Assembly (NCBI GenBank): GCA_963663035.1 | Contig: OY760074.1 | Span: 2,848,001-2,912,000, forward strand | Reading direction: 5' to 3' | Length of the DNA: 64,000 bases | Origin: Acidobacteriota bacterium | GTDB lineage: Bacteria > Acidobacteriota > UBA6911 > RPQK01 > JADFOI01 | In this document: positions 57,955 through 64,000 of the stretch, in pieces | How positions within the stretch are numbered: position 1 is the stretch's first letter | Layout: every line of letters starts with the position of its first letter | Translations under genes and position numbers: made by a program | The notes under the pieces: model-generated | Told to the model about the DNA's origin: nothing | Seen by the model: only the letters and a program-made list of their open reading frames with translations | Database searches by the model: none

Positions 57955-59268
57955 TTAGCGGATCATGGCCTCCGGCAGCCAGAGAACCAGCTGGGGCCAG
58001 AGCATGACCAGAATCAGCCCCAGGAGCTCCAACACGATAAAGGGCAAGATGGATCGGTAAATGTCCCCCATGGTGATCCCTTTGGGAACCACGCCCTTCA
58101 TGTAGAAGAGGTTCAATCCAAAGGGAGGGGTAATAAAGGCCAGCTCCATATTGATCGTGAAGAGGACACCAAACCAGATCAAATCGAATCCCAATTCTTC
58201 GCTCAGTGGTAAAAAGACCGGAAGAGTGATCATCATAATCCCGATGGGGTCGATAAACATTCCCAGGATCAGGAGGACAAGCTGCATTGCCAGGAGAATC
58301 AGCCATGGGTTCACTGCAACGCCCGAGACCATCCCCAGAATGAAGTTACCGGCTCCCGTTGCGGCGTAAATGTGTGAGAAGGCCTTGGCTCCCAACACGA
58401 TCCAACCCACCATGACAGAGAGTGTGAAAGCGTCGAGGGTGGCTTCCTGAAACATTGCCCAGGAAAACCGCCTCTTGAGGATTGCACACAGCAGAGCTCC
58501 AAAGGCTCCGATTGCCGAGGCCTCGGTGGGGGTGGCGACTCCCGTATAGATGGTACCCAGCACCAGCACGACCAGCGCCACCGGAAACATCACCGCCCTG
58601 ATGAGCTTGAACTTCTGGCCCCAGGAGATCTTCTCCTCTTCAGGAATGGAAGGGCCAAGATGAGGCTGGAAAAGAGTCCTGACACCTATGTATAGGACAA
58701 AGAGAGCGGCGATCAGGAGACCGGGAAGCACCCCTCCCATGAACAGTCTCCCCACCGATGCCCCTGACACACTGGCGAACACGATCATGATGATGCTGGG
58801 GGGAATCAGAATCCCCAGGGAACCTCCGGCGGAGATCGCACCCAGGGCGATGTCCTTGTGATAGTTTCTCCTGAGCATGGAGGGCAAGGCCACCAGGCCC
58901 ATGGTGACCGTACCGGCCGCACTCACTCCCGACATGGCGGCAAAAAGAGCACAGATGATCACCGTACCCATGGCCAACCCCCCTCTCAAGGAGCCCATCC
59001 AGTGGTACATCATTTCATACAGGTCATCGGCGATACCCGAGCGTGCAAGAAAGTTGGCCATCAGGACAAACAGCGGCAAGGCTACCAGTGTGTAGAGCGT
59101 CCAGGAGGAAAAGGCTGTCGTGGTCAGGAGGAAAAGAGCTTCAGGACCCATCCTCCACAGGGCCAGGACCACCGCGGTGGCGCCCAACCCAAAGGCAAGG
59201 GGCAGGCCGGACAGGAGCAGCAAGGCCAGAAAAACAAACAGAATCGCGGTGACTAATCCGATACTCAT
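57955..59268 (-). CDS. TRAP transporter large permease DctM
   Basis: ALPLFVLM, GSLGILIPPS, TPTEA, ITPPFG. Confidence 0.93.
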   Translation of the reverse strand: MSIGLVTAILFVFLALLLLSGLPLAFGLGATAVVLALWRMGPEALFLLTTTAFSSWTLYTLVALPLFVLMANFLARSGIADDLYEMMYHWMGSLRGGLAMGTVIICALFAAMSGVSAAGTVTMGLVALPSMLRRNYHKDIALGAISAGGSLGILIPPSIIMIVFASVSGASVGRLFMGGVLPGLLIAALFVLYIGVRTLFQPHLGPSIPEEEKISWGQKFKLIRAVMFPVALVVLVLGTIYTGVATPTEASAIGAFGALLCAILKRRFSWAMFQEATLDAFTLSVMVGWIVLGAKAFSHIYAATGAGNFILGMVSGVAVNPWLILLAMQLVLLILGMFIDPIGIMMITLPVFLPLSEELGFDLIWFGVLFTINMELAFITPPFGLNLFYMKGVVPKGITMGDIYRSILPFIVLELLGLILVMLWPQLVLWLPEAMIR

Positions 59269-59840
59269 TCAGGCTCATCCTGCTGAGTCCTGGCCATTCG
59301 TTCCGACATTTCCACCTTCCCCGTGATTGCTGTCATGCAGTTCCGGATCAGATTGGCTGCACCCTGCAAAAGGGTGAGCAGGATACCTGCAGTCATCACG
59401 ATATAAACGGGATAAATGGGGGGGCCCCAGTAGGTGGGTGAGTGCTCCAAGTTGACAACGGCTTCGACTGTTGTCATCCAGGTGGCTCGCAGCAGAGCGA
59501 CAAGGAAGAGGAAAAAGAATAGTGAGGAAGCGACCCCCACAATGGCCTTGGTTCTGGTGCCCAGGCGATCATGCAGGATCGGTACATTGACATGTCCGCC
59601 ATGGAGCAGCAGATAGGCCCCTCCCAGAGCCGTACTGGCCAGGAAGAGGTATTGGGTGCTCTCCATGGCCCAAGTCGTGGGTGTCTTCAGGAAATATCGT
59701 GCTATCACCTCATAGGTCATGATGAACATCATGGCCGGAATGAGAAAAGCACTGAGTTTCCCGGTCCAATCACTGGCAGCTTCTATGGCTTCCAGAACGC
59801 GCCTGAGGTATGGGAAAAAAGGAGGAGAAAGACTACGAAT
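59265..59840 (-). CDS. TRAP transporter small permease DctQ (putative ATT start at 59840)
   Basis: YEVIARY..PTTWA.E, HVNV; typical first helix lies upstream of ATG 59732 in the same open frame. Confidence 0.8.
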   Translation of the reverse strand: MRSLSPPFFPYLRRVLEAIEAASDWTGKLSAFLIPAMMFIMTYEVIARYFLKTPTTWAMESTQYLFLASTALGGAYLLLHGGHVNVPILHDRLGTRTKAIVGVASSLFFFLFLVALLRATWMTTVEAVVNLEHSPTYWGPPIYPVYIVMTAGILLTLLQGAANLIRNCMTAITGKVEMSERMARTQQDEPE

Positions 59841-59886
59841 AACTGCCCTCCACTGGGAGAATGGAACAGGTTCGCCTGGGCGATGA

Positions 59887-60945
59887 CTAGTCGTCTGTCC
59901 CTGTTGTTCCCTTCTCCGCCAGATACTCTCTCATCAACCGAATAATCTCTTCAGATCGTGGGCTTCTGGCTGCTGCCGTGTCCAAAATGGGCGCCGCCGC
60001 TGCCAGGATTTTGCGGTATTCCTCATCAGGTAAAGTGACAATGGTCACTCCATGTTCTTTCTCAGCAAGTTCCAAGATGCCATCTATCTTGCCGGGGATG
60101 GTTTCGATGTAATAGAGCATGGCCTCTTCGGCCGCATCGTCTACGATCTTCTGCAAGTCATCAGAGAGGCTGTTATAGGCCTCGAGATTGACGTACATGT
60201 CTCCCGCCACCTGACCAAAGGGTGGACCCAGCAGCCCTTTGGCAGCGTCCCAGAGGTTGATGGTGCCGATCGTATAGTTGGGGATGATCAATGCATCCAC
60301 GGTTCCTGTTTGCAAGGCCAGGAACATCTCTGCCGGCGCCAGGGTCACGGGAGTCGCGCCCAGATTTTTTATCAAATCGGGAGCAGCGCCGCTCCCTCTT
60401 ATTTTCAGCCCCTTGATCTCCTCCACGGTGTAGATGGGATCTCTGGAGATGAGGGCCAGGGGAGAGGGTCCCAGCGACTTGAGAAGATGACAGCCTTTCT
60501 CTCTGTAGGCGGCGTCCAGGATCTCGTACACAGCCCCGTCCTGATAATAGATATAGAAGTCAACAAAGTCCTCGAGGGTGGAAAAGACACCGAAGAGTCC
60601 CTGCTCGATGTAGGCCTCCGGAACCTGCCGGACGTTGTAGCCCCCCACGCCCATTCCCACTTCGATTGCCTTCCTCTGCACTGCATTGAACTGCTCGTAG
60701 GCATCGACGATGGCGCCGGGTGCAAAGATTTCTATTTCCAGCCGTCCATTGCTCCGCTCGTTCACCAGTTCGACGAACTTGGCAAACTGGTCCTGATAGG
60801 ACCAACTGTTGGGTGAAATTCCGGCTTGCGCTCTCCATCTAATGGTGCTGTCGGTGGCTGCACGCTCGCTTGAACAGGCCGTCAGCGCAAGCGTGATCAA
60901 AAGCAGAGCTTTAGTTAGTGGCGAGCTTCTCGGCGTCATAAACAA
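59887..60945 (-). CDS. TRAP substrate-binding lipoprotein DctP
   Basis: Lipobox LTAC; SNGRLEI, KGLKIR, LGATPV, ALQTGTVDA. Confidence 0.92.
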   Translation of the reverse strand: MFMTPRSSPLTKALLLITLALTACSSERAATDSTIRWRAQAGISPNSWSYQDQFAKFVELVNERSNGRLEIEIFAPGAIVDAYEQFNAVQRKAIEVGMGVGGYNVRQVPEAYIEQGLFGVFSTLEDFVDFYIYYQDGAVYEILDAAYREKGCHLLKSLGPSPLALISRDPIYTVEEIKGLKIRGSGAAPDLIKNLGATPVTLAPAEMFLALQTGTVDALIIPNYTIGTINLWDAAKGLLGPPFGQVAGDMYVNLEAYNSLSDDLQKIVDDAAEEAMLYYIETIPGKIDGILELAEKEHGVTIVTLPDEEYRKILAAAAPILDTAAARSPRSEEIIRLMREYLAEKGTTGTDD

Positions 60946-61039
60946 TCTGGCCTCCCAGGCCCGTTATCACTACTCACTGAATGAACCGGATTAGGCCAGG
61001 ATTGTACTCCAAGATATAATCGGAAAAAAGAGGCAAGAT

Positions 61040-62062
61040 GTGAGAAGGAAAGAAAGGCTCTATCCTCAATCCTCCACTGGCTTGAGCAAACGAACAGGTT
61101 GGGCAAGGACCCTTCTGCTTGCTGTCCTGCTTCTGGCATCTGGGTGTGGACAACAGGAAGTCGGCCAGGAGACCGGGCTGGAGAACTCGCAACAGATGCC
61201 AACCATTCGGATCGCTTATCCAGGAATATCGGCGACCATCTGGCCTTTCATGTACGGCCAGGAAAAAGGGATCTTCGAGGAGGAAGGTCTGTCTGTGGAG
61301 ATGAATAGAATCCGAGGAGTTCCTCAGATCATCGCCACGGTGCTGAGCGGCGATATTGACGTGGCCTGGGTTGGATTTGATGGGATGGCCAGCGCAGTCG
61401 CCCAGGGAGCCACCGACCTGAGATACATTAGCGAGTTCCTGACAGAATTTCCTCTCTACCTGGTGGTGGCACCTCACATCAATAGTTTTGACGATCTGCG
61501 GGGGGCACCGGTCGCCACAGCTGGCCCTGGAAGCATCACGGAGACCCTGTTTTTAGAGGGATTAAGGAGGGGGGGGCTGACAGATCCACGGAAGGACACT
61601 AACTTCATGAACATGAGCGGCCCTGACACTCGTCTCACCCAGTTGCTCAATGGCACCTTCGTGGGGGTCGCTCTCAATGCTCCCTGGGCTCAACAGGCGG
61701 AAGCCCGAGGGTACAGGATCCTGCAATATCAGGGTGATTTTCTCCTTCCCTGGGGGGGAGAGGGTCCTATCACGACCATCCGCGCCATTTCCTCCAAACG
61801 CCAAGCTCTGCAGGGCCTGGTGAACGGCCTGGGAAGGGCCATCCGCGGGCTAAAAGAAAACCGGGATGAAGCCATCAAGGTGGCCACCGAATATATGAAA
61901 CTGGAGCCTGCACTGGCCGAGAAGGTCTACGATGTGATGATGCCCGTCTTTAAGTTTGACGGGGAATTCGGCCTGGAAGGGATCCAGCGAACCTTTGACA
62001 GCAAGTCCGCTCCTGGCGAGAAGATTGAAGCCAGCCAATTCCTGGACGAGTCCTTTCTATAG
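61040..62062 (+). CDS. ABC substrate-binding lipoprotein (NMT1/THI5/SsuA-like)
   Basis: Lipobox ASGC; EKGIFEEEGLSVE, SGDIDVA, DLRG. Confidence 0.85.
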   Translation: MRRKERLYPQSSTGLSKRTGWARTLLLAVLLLASGCGQQEVGQETGLENSQQMPTIRIAYPGISATIWPFMYGQEKGIFEEEGLSVEMNRIRGVPQIIATVLSGDIDVAWVGFDGMASAVAQGATDLRYISEFLTEFPLYLVVAPHINSFDDLRGAPVATAGPGSITETLFLEGLRRGGLTDPRKDTNFMNMSGPDTRLTQLLNGTFVGVALNAPWAQQAEARGYRILQYQGDFLLPWGGEGPITTIRAISSKRQALQGLVNGLGRAIRGLKENRDEAIKVATEYMKLEPALAEKVYDVMMPVFKFDGEFGLEGIQRTFDSKSAPGEKIEASQFLDESFL

Positions 62063-63139
62063 CCCTTTGGCTTTGATGGCGGCTTCGAGCTGGCTGACAG
62101 TCGAGCCGTAGAGCTGCTCCAGAGTCTTGACCCGCTTGAAATAAATGTGTGGGTCATACTCCCAGGTGTAGCCGACACCCCCGAATAGCTGGATGGTCTC
62201 ACCGCAAACAAAGCGAGCAGCGTCTCCACAGTAGGCCTTGGCAGAGGCCACCAACAAGGGAGCTTCATCCTGCTTGTTCTCCAGGGCCCACGCTGCTCGG
62301 TACACTGCCGAGCGAGAGCTTTCCGTGCGAATCCACATATCAGCCGCCCGGTGCTGAAGCACCTGAAAGCTTCCAATCGTTCGACCGAAGGCCTTGCGCT
62401 CCTTGATGTAATCCAGGGCCAGTTCCAGGGAACGCTCCATCAAACCCAGCAACAGGGCTGACGCTCCCAGCGCTCCCAGGAGATCGACCTCCTCCAGGAG
62501 CGTGTCCGCCCTTTGCTTATCGGCCAGGAGCGTCCCGCCAGAGTCCAGGGAAATTTCCACGAAGCGCTGGGCATGGTCGAAGACGGGCAGTGAGGTTGCC
62601 TTCCAACCTTCTGGGGGACGAGGGGCCAGAGCAAGACCTTCGGCAGTGGTCACCAGCAGTACATCAGCACTGGCTCCGAAGGGGACAGGGCGCTTCGTCC
62701 CTCGAACGTTTCCCTGGGCAAAACGCGTCTGGGGCGAGGTCACCTCTCCACCATCCACGGCTTCGGGTCGAGCCAGCAGCACAATCTTCCCTCCAGTCAC
62801 CATCTCCTGAAGTAATTGGGAAGCCTCCTGGCCGCCAACACGGTGGAGGGCGGCCTCCACCAGCACCAGATCCAGGAAGGGACCCGGGAAGGCGACGCGC
62901 CCCATCTCGTGCAGAACCACGGCCAAGCCTATGGCACCGGCCGCCGATCCTCCCTCACTCTCGGGAAGGGTGAGTCCCAGGTAACCAAGTTCCGCGAGCT
63001 GGACGTAAAGCGCCCTCGAAAATCCCTCCTGGGTGTCCTCCATCACAGGACGTGCCTTGGTCAGCGGACTTTCTTTTCCCACAAAGTCCCGAATGGAACT
63101 CTTCAAGAGTGCATTGGCGTCGTTTAACTCAAACCGCAT
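62057..63139 (-). CDS. Acyl-CoA dehydrogenase (short beta-type subunit)
   Basis: LAELGYLGL..PE..GG, ERKAFGRTIGSFQ..QHR, IQLFGGVGYTWE; start at ATG 63139. Confidence 0.9.
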   Translation of the reverse strand: MRFELNDANALLKSSIRDFVGKESPLTKARPVMEDTQEGFSRALYVQLAELGYLGLTLPESEGGSAAGAIGLAVVLHEMGRVAFPGPFLDLVLVEAALHRVGGQEASQLLQEMVTGGKIVLLARPEAVDGGEVTSPQTRFAQGNVRGTKRPVPFGASADVLLVTTAEGLALAPRPPEGWKATSLPVFDHAQRFVEISLDSGGTLLADKQRADTLLEEVDLLGALGASALLLGLMERSLELALDYIKERKAFGRTIGSFQVLQHRAADMWIRTESSRSAVYRAAWALENKQDEAPLLVASAKAYCGDAARFVCGETIQLFGGVGYTWEYDPHIYFKRVKTLEQLYGSTVSQLEAAIKAKGL

Positions 63140-63144
63140 AGGCC

Positions 63145-64000
63145 TCAAGACTTGGGGAGTTTCAATATACGCTTGGAAATGATGTTTCGCTGGATCTCGG
63201 AGGAGCCCGCATAGATGGTCACAGCTCGGCAATAGAGGGCCTCATGGGCCCAGTCCATCTCCGCACGCGCATCAGGTGAACCCACCAGAAGATGGGCCTG
63301 AAATCCCAGCAAGTCGAGAGCAGTATCGGCCAGACGCCTGGAGTACTCCGACCAGAAAACTTTCTCCAGGGAGGCTTCCGGCCCCGGTGCCTGGCCCGAG
63401 GCCAGGCTGGCCAGGGTGCGAAAACCGTTGGCGCGCATGACCTCATTTTCGACCAGAAGTCTGGCGATCTTCTCCCGAACATCGGCCCGCTGGATAGTCC
63501 CGTTCTGGCGGACTCCGTTTACCAGGTCCTTGAGGTAGTGGTCGAACCTGGCCGGGTGAGCCAAGGACATGGACCCCCGTTCGTAAGCCAACACCGTCAT
63601 AGCGATAGGCCACCCCTCTCCTATGGCCCCAATAATGTGCTCGCGCTTGGCCAGGGCGCCGTCAAAGAACACTTCACCGAACTCCGACTCTCCCGTCATC
63701 TGCCGAATGGGACGCACTTCGATGCCTTCCTGGTGGAGAGAAACGAGAAAGAAGGTGATGCCGCCGTAGCGGTCCTCCTGATCGGTACGAGCCAGAACGA
63801 AGATCCAATCCGACCAGGGAGCAAAGGTGGTCCACACTTTCTGCCCTTCCAGGCGAAAGTCCTCGCCATCAGGGACGGCCCGCGTCCGCAGCGCGGCCAG
63901 ATCGCTTCCGGCCTCAGGTTCGCTGAAACCCTGGCACCAGACCTCCTCGCCGGAAAGCATTTTGGGAACAAAGCGACGGCGTTGCTCTTCGCTCCCATGG
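63145..64000 (-). CDS. Acyl-CoA dehydrogenase (alpha-type subunit), 5' end beyond window
   Basis: WCQGFSEPEAGSDLA, GQKVWTT, EFGEVFFD, LAYERG, TIYAGSSEIQRNII. Confidence 0.92.
   Translation of the reverse strand, partial: HGSEEQRRRFVPKMLSGEEVWCQGFSEPEAGSDLAALRTRAVPDGEDFRLEGQKVWTTFAPWSDWIFVLARTDQEDRYGGITFFLVSLHQEGIEVRPIRQMTGESEFGEVFFDGALAKREHIIGAIGEGWPIAMTVLAYERGSMSLAHPARFDHYLKDLVNGVRQNGTIQRADVREKIARLLVENEVMRANGFRTLASLASGQAPGPEASLEKVFWSEYSRRLADTALDLLGFQAHLLVGSPDARAEMDWAHEALYCRAVTIYAGSSEIQRNIISKRILKLPKS

Overview
A 64 kb bacterial chromosome segment. Acidobacteriota-like origin is inferred from the Ser/Thr-kinase remnants, the tal-pgi/gnd/zwf/opcA/glk operon and the overall gene content. It has three parts. 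(1) 1-29.7 kb is a core-like block: two MacB/FtsX-type ABC systems (AttE/F-G/H-like and YbbAP-TesA), pdxH, an M28 peptidase, an EEP phosphoesterase, VKOR, a TMTC-like glycosyltransferase next to a Pro/Thr/Ser-rich protein, a thiolase, pckA, arsC, thiI, a CPA2 antiporter, a CCA-adding enzyme, an FGE-domain lipoprotein and tRNA-fMet. (2) ~29.75-42.7 kb is a decayed accessory region starting right after tRNA-fMet. It holds an IS481 element, an interrupted alpha-hydroxy-acid oxidase, an orphan tRNA-Leu(TAA) 3' half with att-like arms, three broken Ser/Thr-kinase pieces, oriIS-like and attC-like remnants, and compositionally mixed small genes. No integrase is visible. (3) 42.7-64 kb holds two flavoprotein disulfide reductases, the oxidative pentose-phosphate operon whose tal-pgi fusion is cut by a MITE, and a catabolic/uptake cluster. 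In that cluster an ABC importer is split in three and interleaved with a Tat-like ThDP enzyme and a TRAP system, beside an LLM monooxygenase and paired acyl-CoA dehydrogenases. The most novel-looking signal is a candidate ECF-sigma-driven structured small RNA with repeated anti-Shine-Dalgarno (CCUCC) tracts at ~54.0-54.1 kb. All family calls come from motif recognition only; no searches were run.
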